From positions 1 to 49,259 of the forward strand of contig JAAYBT010000089.1 of the NCBI GenBank assembly GCA_012730015.1: a stretch of 49,259 nt of DNA, in the 5' to 3' direction. Origin of the DNA: Clostridiaceae bacterium (GTDB taxonomy: Bacteria > Bacillota > Clostridia > Acetivibrionales > DTU013). Made by a program: the position numbers and the translations under genes. Positions 1-8,000 of the stretch are shown piece after piece; positions within the stretch are counted from its first letter, which is position 1, and every line of letters starts with the position of its first letter. Below the pieces are notes generated by a model. The model searched no databases, was not told the origin of the DNA, and saw only the letters and a list, made by a program, of their open reading frames with translations.

Positions 1-378
1 ACCGCCCCGCTTCCCATCGAAGCTGTAGCTTCCATTTGCAAAATCCCATCCACTGAGCTTATCACTGAAAGCCAACGCTGCGCCGGTGGACACATTATCT
101 TTCAAGTCACCCGTAGCATGCATAAGAGCAGTGCGTACAGTTTTGTTCCTATGAAATTCTACAGAACCATCGGTCATCTTATAAAGAACATTATCATGGC
201 GGTCATAAATGATTCCTGACGAAATTGACTTCCCATTCGCGTATAGGTGCTTATTTGCAGGGTAATTAGCCCACTGGGGAGCCTTGGTAAAATACTTGGT
301 CAAAAAGATTGACATTCCGAAGACCAGCGAAACTATTAGAACTAGCAGTACAGCAGCACGTCTTAGAAGTAGCTTCAT
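1..378 (-). CDS. Penicillin-binding protein (class B transpeptidase-like), N-terminal 126 codons; the gene runs off the window start
   Basis: Not in the ORF track because it reaches the edge. My own minus-strand translation from ATG 378-376 reads MKLLLRRAAVLLVLIVSLVFGMSIFLTKYFTKAPQWANYPANKHLYANGKSISSGIIYDRHDNVLYKMTDGSVEFHRNKTVRTALMHATGDLKDNV... and stays open to base 1. It has an N-terminal TM anchor followed by a PBP dimerisation-domain-like pattern. The ATG overlaps the TGA of the upstream SEDS gene (ATGA). Confidence 0.55.
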   Translation of the reverse strand, partial: MKLLLRRAAVLLVLIVSLVFGMSIFLTKYFTKAPQWANYPANKHLYANGKSISSGIIYDRHDNVLYKMTDGSVEFHRNKTVRTALMHATGDLKDNVSTGAALAFSDKLSGWDFANGSYSFDGKRGG

Positions 379-2339
379 TTATGAGCTCCTTTCCTGCCTG
401 TGTCACCTGGCCTATTCTTCGCAATATCGTCTTGCCCGCTAGCCCCCGCAAGCTTATTCTGTCTAATACGGCCGTCGGCAGCCTTGATAAACGCCAGAAG
501 CCCCCAGGATGCAATCATGGAAGAACCCCCATTTGATACAAAGGGGATGGTCACTCCAGTTAGTGGCAAAATATCCATAGAGCCCAGTACATTTAGTCCA
601 GTCTGTATTAGGTAGACAGAGGCCGCGCCGCAGGCTGCGATTGCATAGAAAGAGGATCTGCAGCTTTTCGTAAGAAACACTGCGTAAATCCCAAAGAATA
701 AAATAATCAAAATCGCTATAAGGGCAACAATGAGTCCCCATTCCTCGCATAGCATTCCGAATACCAGATCGGTATCCGCCGCCGCCACATTTACAAGATA
801 TCCATTCCCACCGCCTACACCCAGCAGGCCACCACTTGCGGCATATATCATCGTACGAGTCTGCTGATATCCGGCATCATTGACAAACTCCCACGCATTC
901 CCCCATGTTGCAAAGCGCGTGGCAATATAGGGCAGGAAGACAATCGCGGCTATTGCTCCAAGGACTGCCCCTGAGGATATCAGCGCTATGGTTCGCACGT
1001 CTCCCGAGCGCATAAAAGCAATCACAATGAATGTGCCGAAGAAAACGACCGCCGTGCCCAAATCTCTCATCAATACAAGCGCACAGATACATGCACCCGA
1101 AAATCCAATGAAGGCAGTCATGTTCTGCTTAGTGAGAAGTCTATCCAAGGTGGCAGTACCGGCTAAAACAAATGCAATCTTTACAAATTCAAGCGGCTGA
1201 AAGGTTATAAAGCCAAGGTTAATCCAGTTCTTTGCGCCGTGTCGGGTTTCGCCTATTGTCAGGTTCAATACCAGAAGTAAAATAGCACCGGCCGCAAGAA
1301 CATATTTCAGCTTACGCGCCCTTGCCAGATCATGCATAATAATCCCCAAAGCCGTGTATGCAGCCATACCGAAAACAATGGCCACAAGCTGCTTATACAT
1401 TGAATCGGGAAATGCTGCGGCAACAATTATAAGATTAATGCCGCACAGAAAATAGCTCAACAGCTCAAGCTCGAAGCTTTTCCTGCTGAATCTCCTCGTG
1501 ACGAAATAATAGACAATCTCTATGACAATAAAGGTCGCAAACGCAATCGGAACTGAAGGCTTCTTGTCACTGCCCATTGAAATCCAGATTTGAAGCCCAC
1601 CGAGAAGTTGCGAAAGGACAATTAGCGCCAAAGTGACCCCTGTTTTAAAACTCACGCCTGTAGTGAGATTATTGTTGGCACTATTCTTCTTAGTACCGGT
1701 ATTTGAGGCGCCGCTATTGTCGGCGCTGCTATCTTTGGCGCCATTGCCGGCCAGTGATGTGCCACCGGAGCTTTTGCCGGCTAGTGATGCGCCACCTACA
1801 CTATTACTAGTTTGTGATACCTCACCTGAACTACTATTTGCTGGTGTTGGTGAATTCAGCGTCATCTCAAGGCCTGAAAGTGAAATCACATCGCCAAATA
1901 TCACTGTTGCAGAACCTTCAATCCTCTTGCCATTGATTCTCACACCACCCTTTGAGCTAAGATCGGAAATAGTCCACGCGCCGCTTTGGAATGTGAGTAC
2001 GGCGTGATTTCTCGATGCGAAGGCAAAATCCACCACTATGTCGGACAGCTTGCTTCTTCCCATCGAGTTTTCCCAGTGGTTAAGAGGCTTTCTGGTGCCA
2101 TCGGCCATATCCAGATAGCCCCAAACCGTCTGCGTCTTCTTCACCCGCAAGAGCGGCAGGATGCAGCACAGAAAAATGGCAAGAGACAGTAGCGGAAATA
2201 TCCACCGTAATATCAGAGTATAATATCCGGATACCGCATTGAAATCTAATGATGAGCCGGCGACGCTATCGGCTAAATCATTTAGCAAAGATTGGAGCCA
2301 AGCCCAAAACTGTTTTGCATTTTCTTCAAAAGAATTCAT
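375..2339 (-). CDS. FHA-domain / SEDS (FtsW/RodA/SpoVE-family) fusion protein
   Basis: 654-aa ORF. One N-terminal TM (YTLILRWIFPLLSLAIFLCCILPLL, followed by RVKK). FHA-like core 'SRNHAVLTFQSGAWTISDLSSKGGVRINGKRI...GDVISLSG'. A roughly 70-aa Ser/Gly/Asn/Ala linker. Then about 400 aa of polytopic SEDS region ending in the conserved-type 'PFVSNGGSSMIASWGLL'. Confidence 0.85.
   Translation of the reverse strand: MNSFEENAKQFWAWLQSLLNDLADSVAGSSLDFNAVSGYYTLILRWIFPLLSLAIFLCCILPLLRVKKTQTVWGYLDMADGTRKPLNHWENSMGRSKLSDIVVDFAFASRNHAVLTFQSGAWTISDLSSKGGVRINGKRIEGSATVIFGDVISLSGLEMTLNSPTPANSSSGEVSQTSNSVGGASLAGKSSGGTSLAGNGAKDSSADNSGASNTGTKKNSANNNLTTGVSFKTGVTLALIVLSQLLGGLQIWISMGSDKKPSVPIAFATFIVIEIVYYFVTRRFSRKSFELELLSYFLCGINLIIVAAAFPDSMYKQLVAIVFGMAAYTALGIIMHDLARARKLKYVLAAGAILLLVLNLTIGETRHGAKNWINLGFITFQPLEFVKIAFVLAGTATLDRLLTKQNMTAFIGFSGACICALVLMRDLGTAVVFFGTFIVIAFMRSGDVRTIALISSGAVLGAIAAIVFLPYIATRFATWGNAWEFVNDAGYQQTRTMIYAASGGLLGVGGGNGYLVNVAAADTDLVFGMLCEEWGLIVALIAILIILFFGIYAVFLTKSCRSSFYAIAACGAASVYLIQTGLNVLGSMDILPLTGVTIPFVSNGGSSMIASWGLLAFIKAADGRIRQNKLAGASGQDDIAKNRPGDTGRKGAHK
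1746..1796. repeat. Two 21-nt direct repeats (gccggcYagtgatgYgccacc) at a 30-nt period inside the FHA-SEDS linker
   Basis: Copies at 1746-1766 and 1776-1796 differ at 2 positions. On the minus strand they encode the repeated GG(A/T)SLAG units of the low-complexity linker. Confidence 0.7.
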
Positions 2340-2473
2340 TAAATCGTCCCTTATATAATCTAATAGAATTTAACCAATTTGCCGGTAAATAAACCATTTG
2401 CTGATATACTCATATTTGACTCTAAATTAATAAAAAAGTTTCAGGCTATTATAGTAGCCTCCAAATAGCGCTC

Positions 2474-2502
2474 ATACTACCATTATACTCCCATGGTAGT
2501 AT
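2474..2502. other. Perfect 10-bp inverted repeat (ATACTACCAT n9 ATGGTAGTAT) in a divergent intergenic region
   Basis: Arms at 2474-2483 and 2493-2502. A T-run at 2507-2511 follows, separated by 'agcc'. It lies between the divergent FHA-SEDS and MotA-like genes, so it could be an operator or an orphan hairpin. Confidence 0.4.
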
Positions 2503-2590
2503 AGCCTTTTTCGGCAGGCGGATATATAATCAAATCATCCGGATGCGAGTATTGTAAAACTATATTGTCAAATTATAAGGAGGGTTCATC

Positions 2591-3046
2591 ATGTATCTTT
2601 TAGGAATACTTCTGTATGTCATTTGTCTGGTTTCTTTATCAGCATTAGGTGGTAACCTTTCATATTTTCTAAATTTACCAAGCCTTGTTATAATCCTTGC
2701 GCTGACCCTGCCAATGTTGCTGGCTTCGGGACTTTTATCCGACTTTTTAAAGGGATTCTCACTCATGGTAAAAAAGGTCAACCTCTATTCAGCCATAGAC
2801 CTAAAACGTATTCTTGAGGCAGACAAGCTGGCCATTCAGTCACTTGCAATCGCCGGCTTTGTAGGCACAATAACGGGAATGATTGCAATATTAGCAAATC
2901 TTTCTGAACCCGCAAAGCTGGGGCCATCACTTTCAGTTGCCTTCATCACAGTTCTTTACTCACTAATTTTTATTTCTCTGATTCTACCTGTAAGGGCAAA
3001 GGTTTCATCAATTTTAGTTACCCTTGAGCAGGAGCAGGTTAAATGA
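2591..3046 (+). CDS. Small 4-TM membrane protein, MotA/TolQ/ExbB-like (miniature)
   Basis: 151 aa, SD AAGGAGGG 6 nt upstream. The C-terminal half 'AGFVGTITGMIAILANLSEPAKLGPSLSVAFITVLYSLIFISLILPVRAKV' fits the MotA_ExbB pattern recalled as G-x-x-GT-x-x-G-[ML]-I ... A-x-x-T-x-x-Y-G ... P-x-x-x-K. The cytoplasmic loop between TM2 and TM3 is only about 35 aa. Confidence 0.55.
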   Translation: MYLLGILLYVICLVSLSALGGNLSYFLNLPSLVIILALTLPMLLASGLLSDFLKGFSLMVKKVNLYSAIDLKRILEADKLAIQSLAIAGFVGTITGMIAILANLSEPAKLGPSLSVAFITVLYSLIFISLILPVRAKVSSILVTLEQEQVK

Positions 3047-3705
3047 AAAGACAGTATTATCGGTTGCTGGGATTACTACTCTACATACTTCTACTAAGCG
3101 TGCTGATGGGGTTTGACTGGGCAGAAATGGTTAGGCCGATCCCCCTAATTTCAGTGATACTTGGCATCCTAATACTCACACTGGCTCAACACAAAAGCGG
3201 TATGGGCAGATATGAGGTTTTGACCCATGCCCAGTGGAACTCCTTTATGGCCGGTATAATTGCTTCGCTTTTATCACTCCTTTCAGGCTTCTCACTAGAC
3301 GAAGCGAAGCCCATATCTATCCACATGCTGGCCGATGGGGTGATTCCACTAATCTATGGCAGTATTATTTATATAGTCATCGGGCTGCTGAATCCTGATC
3401 AGGTTCAGCAGTCTAATGAAACAGATAATCCTATGACGGGCAGTGAACAGCTTAATAACACAATTATACCACTATCTGATCCCTTGAAGGCCAATTCCAT
3501 TTTGCTGGCAAAGGGTTTCACTCCCCGAGAATGCCACGTGGCATTTAAGCTAATAGAAAACATTTCTAATAAAGAGATTGCTGAGCAGCTATACATTTCT
3601 GAAGCAACAGTAAAAAAGCATGTCCAAAATATGTTCAAAAAGTGCGGCGCTAACGATCGTCGTGAGTTCATTGCCCTTTATGTCCAATGGATGAAGGAAG
3701 CCTAA
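3043..3705 (+). CDS. Membrane-embedded LuxR/FixJ-type HTH transcription factor; its N-terminal 4-TM domain is paralogous to the preceding MotA-like protein
   Basis: 220 aa. The start overlaps the upstream stop (ATGA). The C-terminus 'FTPRECHVAFKLIENISNKEIAEQLYISEATVKKHVQNMFKKCGANDRREF' is a LuxR-type HTH. The N-terminal 'LLGLLLYILLLSVLMGF...PLISVILGILILTLA' and 'MAGIIASLLSLLSGF...GVIPLIYGSIIYIVIGLL' align by eye with the 2591-3046 product. Confidence 0.7.
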   Translation: MKRQYYRLLGLLLYILLLSVLMGFDWAEMVRPIPLISVILGILILTLAQHKSGMGRYEVLTHAQWNSFMAGIIASLLSLLSGFSLDEAKPISIHMLADGVIPLIYGSIIYIVIGLLNPDQVQQSNETDNPMTGSEQLNNTIIPLSDPLKANSILLAKGFTPRECHVAFKLIENISNKEIAEQLYISEATVKKHVQNMFKKCGANDRREFIALYVQWMKEA

Positions 3706-3739
3706 TTATCAACTCTTATAAAAACCTAATATACTATTT

Positions 3740-3802
3740 TGCAAAGTACGCTTGACATAAAATGCAAAGTGTACTATTCTTACTATGCAAAGTATGCTTT
3801 GC
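3740..3802 (+). promoter_or_regulatory. Three TGCAAAGT boxes at an exact 23-bp period; the last sits in a 16-bp palindrome GCAAAGTATGCTTTGC
   Basis: Boxes at 3740-3747, 3763-3770 and 3786-3793. The palindrome at 3787-3802 pairs at 7 of 8 positions. The boxes flank and overlap a promoter-like TTGACA-17-TATTCT. Confidence 0.5.
3752..3780 (+). promoter_or_regulatory. Candidate sigma-A promoter P1 (TTGACA-17 nt-TATTCT)
   Basis: -35 at 3752-3757 and -10 at 3775-3780. A TGCAAAGT box lies in the spacer and the palindrome lies at the predicted transcription start. Confidence 0.4.
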
Positions 3803-3843
3803 TAATCGGAGGTAAACACCATACAAGCATAGATTGACAACAA

Positions 3844-3872
3844 TTGACTAACCAGACTAGCAACTATATAAT
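3844..3872 (+). promoter_or_regulatory. Consensus sigma-A promoter P2 (TTGACT-17 nt-TATAAT) for kdgK
   Basis: -35 at 3844-3849 and -10 at 3867-3872, about 57 nt upstream of the kdgK ATG. Confidence 0.6.
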
Positions 3873-3928
3873 ATTACGTGTTCCATATTATGGACTAATA
3901 AATAATACTTTCGGTAGGGGGACTTCAC

Positions 3929-4951
3929 ATGGGCAAGATTGTTACGTTCGGAGAAATTATGTTGAGATTGGCTCCTGAAGGTTATTACCGCTTTATTCAG
4001 GCAGACACCTTTGGAGCTACTTATGGCGGGGGCGAGGCAAACGTCGCGGTATCACTGGCCAATTATGGAATGGATGCAAGCTTTGTAACTAAGCTTCCGA
4101 AGCACGAAATCGGCCAGGCAGCGATTAATTCCTTGAGGCAATTCGGTGTAGATACACGAAAAATTGTCAGAGGAGGCTCCAGAGTCGGCATTTATTTCCT
4201 GGAAAAGGGAGCATCCCAACGTGCATCAAAGGTTATTTACGATCGTGCAAATTCCTCAATAGCGACGGCCTCGCAGAGTGATTTTGATTGGGACAGCATT
4301 CTCGACGGCGTACAATGGTTCCATTTCACCGGGATTACTCCGGCGCTCGGAGACAACGTTGCCACTATCTGTCTTGATGCCTGCAAGGCTGCAAAGGCTA
4401 AGGGCATAACCGTAAGCTGCGACCTCAACTACAGGAAAAATCTCTGGAGCCGCGAGAAGGCCGGTCAAGTCATGGCAGAGCTCATGGAATACGTTGACCT
4501 ATGCATTGCCAACGAAGGAGATGCCGGTGATGTGTTCGGAATCTGGGCTGACAACAGCGATGTAACAGGCGGAAGGCTGTCACGGGATGGTTATAAAAGC
4601 GTTGCAAAGAAGCTAGTCGAAAGATTCGGCTTTAAAAAGGTTGCAATAACGCTGCGCTCGTCTATTTCGGCTAACGATAATGATTGGGCAGCAATGCTTT
4701 ACGATGGCAAGGAGTATTATTTCTCCAAGAGCTATTCCATACATATAGTTGACCGTGTCGGAGGCGGTGACAGCTTCGGTGCCGGACTTATCTACTCTTT
4801 GTTAAATGGAAGCGAGCCTCAGGAGGCTGTTGAATTCGCCGTTGCCGCAAGCTGCCTTAAGCATACTATCGAGGGCGACTTCAATCAGGTTTCCCTGGAT
4901 GAAGTGAAAAAGCTAATGGGCGGAGACGGTACAGGCCGGGTGCAAAGATAA
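3929..4951 (+). CDS. kdgK: 2-dehydro-3-deoxygluconokinase (PfkB-family sugar kinase)
   Basis: 340 aa. The N-terminus 'KIVTFGEIMLRLAPEGYYRFIQADTFGATYGGGEANVAVSLANYG' is typical of KdgK. PfkB ATP-site motif 'DRVGGGDSFGAGL'. SD GGGGGA. Confidence 0.85.
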   Translation: MGKIVTFGEIMLRLAPEGYYRFIQADTFGATYGGGEANVAVSLANYGMDASFVTKLPKHEIGQAAINSLRQFGVDTRKIVRGGSRVGIYFLEKGASQRASKVIYDRANSSIATASQSDFDWDSILDGVQWFHFTGITPALGDNVATICLDACKAAKAKGITVSCDLNYRKNLWSREKAGQVMAELMEYVDLCIANEGDAGDVFGIWADNSDVTGGRLSRDGYKSVAKKLVERFGFKKVAITLRSSISANDNDWAAMLYDGKEYYFSKSYSIHIVDRVGGGDSFGAGLIYSLLNGSEPQEAVEFAVAASCLKHTIEGDFNQVSLDEVKKLMGGDGTGRVQR

Positions 4952-5052
4952 TGCTCGCGTTCACAGATAAAATATTACCCTCCGAGTCAGACAAAACAAT
5001 ATTTTCAGCGTATATGGACGTGGTGTTAAAATAAAGAATAAGGAGATATAGC

Positions 5053-8000
5053 ATGAAAAGGTTTCTTTCTTTCACATTAACCATTGTGATGGTTTTAAGT
5101 CTGTGTCTATCGGGCATACCGGTAAGCGCAGCACAAATCGAATTAAAGCCGCTTCCTCAGGTAGGAGAGGTCATTTCCGGCTTTAAGACAACAGAAATAA
5201 AAGATATGGAGCTAATCCAATCAAAGGCCGTCCTGTTCGAGCACGTCAAAACAGGTGCAGAGCTTTTGTACATACAAAGCAAGGATATCGATAGATCCTT
5301 TGAAGTAACCTTCAGAACCCCTGCCGTAGATAACACAGGAGTAAATCACATACTGGAGCACATCACTGTATCAGGCTCGAAAAAATACCCTTTGAAGGAC
5401 CTCCTGTTCACTGTTGCAAATCAGACATATAGTACCTTCATCAATGCATTTACTAGTGCAACCATGACCTCCTACCCTGTATCCTCAATGAGTGAGGAAC
5501 AGCTGCTTAAGCTGACCGACGCATATATGGACTGTGTTTATAATCCTTCAGTTTATGATGATAAGAACATTTTCCTCAGAGAGGGCTGGAGATATGAAAT
5601 GGCTGACGCAGGTGCTCCTCTCACTATTAACGGTATCGTCTATAATGAAATGAAGGGCGCGCTGGGCAATATCTCTTCAGCAGCAAGTAATAATGTTACG
5701 GGCGCTCTGTTCCCTAACAGCGTTCAGTCTAATGTTTCCGGCGGAAAGCCTGAAAACATAAAGGATTTGACCTATGAGCAAATCATAAATACACATAAAA
5801 CATATTACCATCCTTCCAATTCACTTATGGTACTCTATGGCAATCTGGATTACACCAAATTCCTGAAGCTGATTAATGACGAGTATCTTAGCAAGTTCGA
5901 CAAAAAGGCTATCGAAGTGGACGAGGGGATAGTTACGCCATTTACACAGAAGGTTGAGAAAACCTGCGTATTTCCTGTTACTGCGGCTTCCAACACAGAA
6001 AACGCAGCTCAAATCGATTATGCCTTCGCACTTACGAATGTTTCCGATGAGGATTTGATGGGGATTGGTATCCTGGCGTCTGTCCTTAATCAGAACACCT
6101 CTTCATTAAAGCTGGCCTTTGCAGAAAAACAGCTTGGCGGGAGATTGGCTGTTAGCGTTAACGATAGCAAAATTCAGCCAATCATTACATTCTCCGCTCA
6201 AAATACCGACCCAAGCAAGGCAAAGGAATTCAAGGCTTTGGTTGATAATAGCATCGCTGACCTGATTAAGAACGGTTTTGACAAGGAAATGGTAGCTGCT
6301 ACTATTTCATCTACATTGCTTAGTAGCTCAAACATAACTGAGATGAGCAATCTGGGAATCAATCTCGGAATGAGCATAAGCCTTTTGTGGGCAAATTATG
6401 ATAACTTTGATTACTATACTAATGTACTCCAAAACATAGAAGGCATTTCTAAAAAAGTAAGCAAGGGCTACATGGAGGATCTGACATCAAAGTACATCCA
6501 GAAAAACAATCATGCTGCTCTGGTAACTACGGTTCCCGAGGCAGGACTCACTGAGAAACAGGCCGAGCAGGAGCTTCAATACCTGGCAGACCTGAAGGCA
6601 TCCATGACCAGCCAGGAAATCGACAAGATAGTTAGCGATACAAAGGCCTATAATGAATGGAACGCAAGACAGGCTAATGAGACTGACCAGGAAATCGTTA
6701 AAAAGCTTCAGGTAGTTAAGGTTGAAGATTTACCGGTTGAAGTGAAAAAATATGATATCAAGGATGTTTCAAGCAACGACGGCGTAAGGATTATGTCCGC
6801 GCAGGCTGATGTAGGCGCCACAGGCTTGACATCACTGCTCTTGGATACATCCGCAGTGCCAGCTGAAAAGCTCCATTTACTCCAGTTATACACTAGCCTG
6901 CTTGGCAAAGTGAGCACAGAGAATTATACTAGGGAGCAGCTGGCTACACAGGCAATGAGGTATTTGTCCGGAGCCGGCTTCAGTCTTTCAACAATTCCTC
7001 AGGGGGATTGGAATGAATTCGCTCCTATCATTACGACCTCATGGTTGGGAGTAATGGGTGAATATGACGAACAGCTTTCAGTTGTCAAGGAAATACTGCT
7101 CAATACCAAATTTGATGATGCAGCCCCTGTTGTAGACTTAGTAAATCAGCAGATATCAAATATAAAGAATCAAATCACGAACTCACCACTGAACTTGCTG
7201 GTTATGCGTAATCTGGCACTTTCGAACAACTGCAGCAATTATCAAAACTACCTGTCGGGTCTGGACTACTACAATTTCCTTACGGAAGTGGAAAAGGCGC
7301 TCAAGTCCAATCCGGATGCCGTATTGGCTCAATTGGAAGCCATGCATGAGCTGGTAGTCAACCGTACAAACATTATCACCATGTTCTCCGGCAACGAAGA
7401 CAGTATCGCCCAATATGAAAAGGCGATTAAGTCGCTGATTGATGCCCTGCCTGTAAAGGCGATTGTCGCACAGGATTACTCGGCACTACCGACACCTGCA
7501 CAAAGAGAGGCAATTGTAATCGATACACCCGTTCAATACAACATGATTTCAGCCACATATGAGGATATGGGTGCTGAGTTCAACGGTAAATTCTTCCCAA
7601 TCGCATCCGTTATCAGCGAGAACTACATAACGCCGAAGATAAGACTCGGCTATGGGGCTTATGACAACCTTTTAGAATTCAGCACTACCGCCTTTATGAT
7701 GCTGTCCTACAGGGATCCCAACATAAAGGAAACCTTTGATGTATATAAGGGACTGCCGGATTTCGTAAGAAATATCAGCCTCACGCAAGAGGAGCTTGAC
7801 AGATATATATTGAAGGCATTCAGCTCCTCTACTACTACCAGCGGCGAACTGAGCGGAGCAAGCGCTGCAATGAATGATTACCTCATGGGCAAGACCGCAG
7901 ACGATCAGTTAAAGATATTGCGGGAGATTAAGTCTACGACAGTTCAGGACGTAAAGGATTCCGCAGCAATGTTTGAAAAGCTTCTTGAAAAGGGAGTTTA

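Noticed and set aside
266-514. 82-aa minus-strand ORF spanning the SEDS/PBP junction
   Set aside because: It lies in a different frame from both the well-supported FtsW-like C-terminus and the PBP N-terminus, which start and stop with an ATGA overlap at 375-378. It has no SD and no recognisable motif.
1633-2007. 124-aa plus-strand ORF rich in Leu/Pro/Ala
   Set aside because: It is the antisense shadow of the low-complexity Ser/Gly/Ala linker of the FHA-SEDS gene. Its composition is explained by the reverse complement of that linker.
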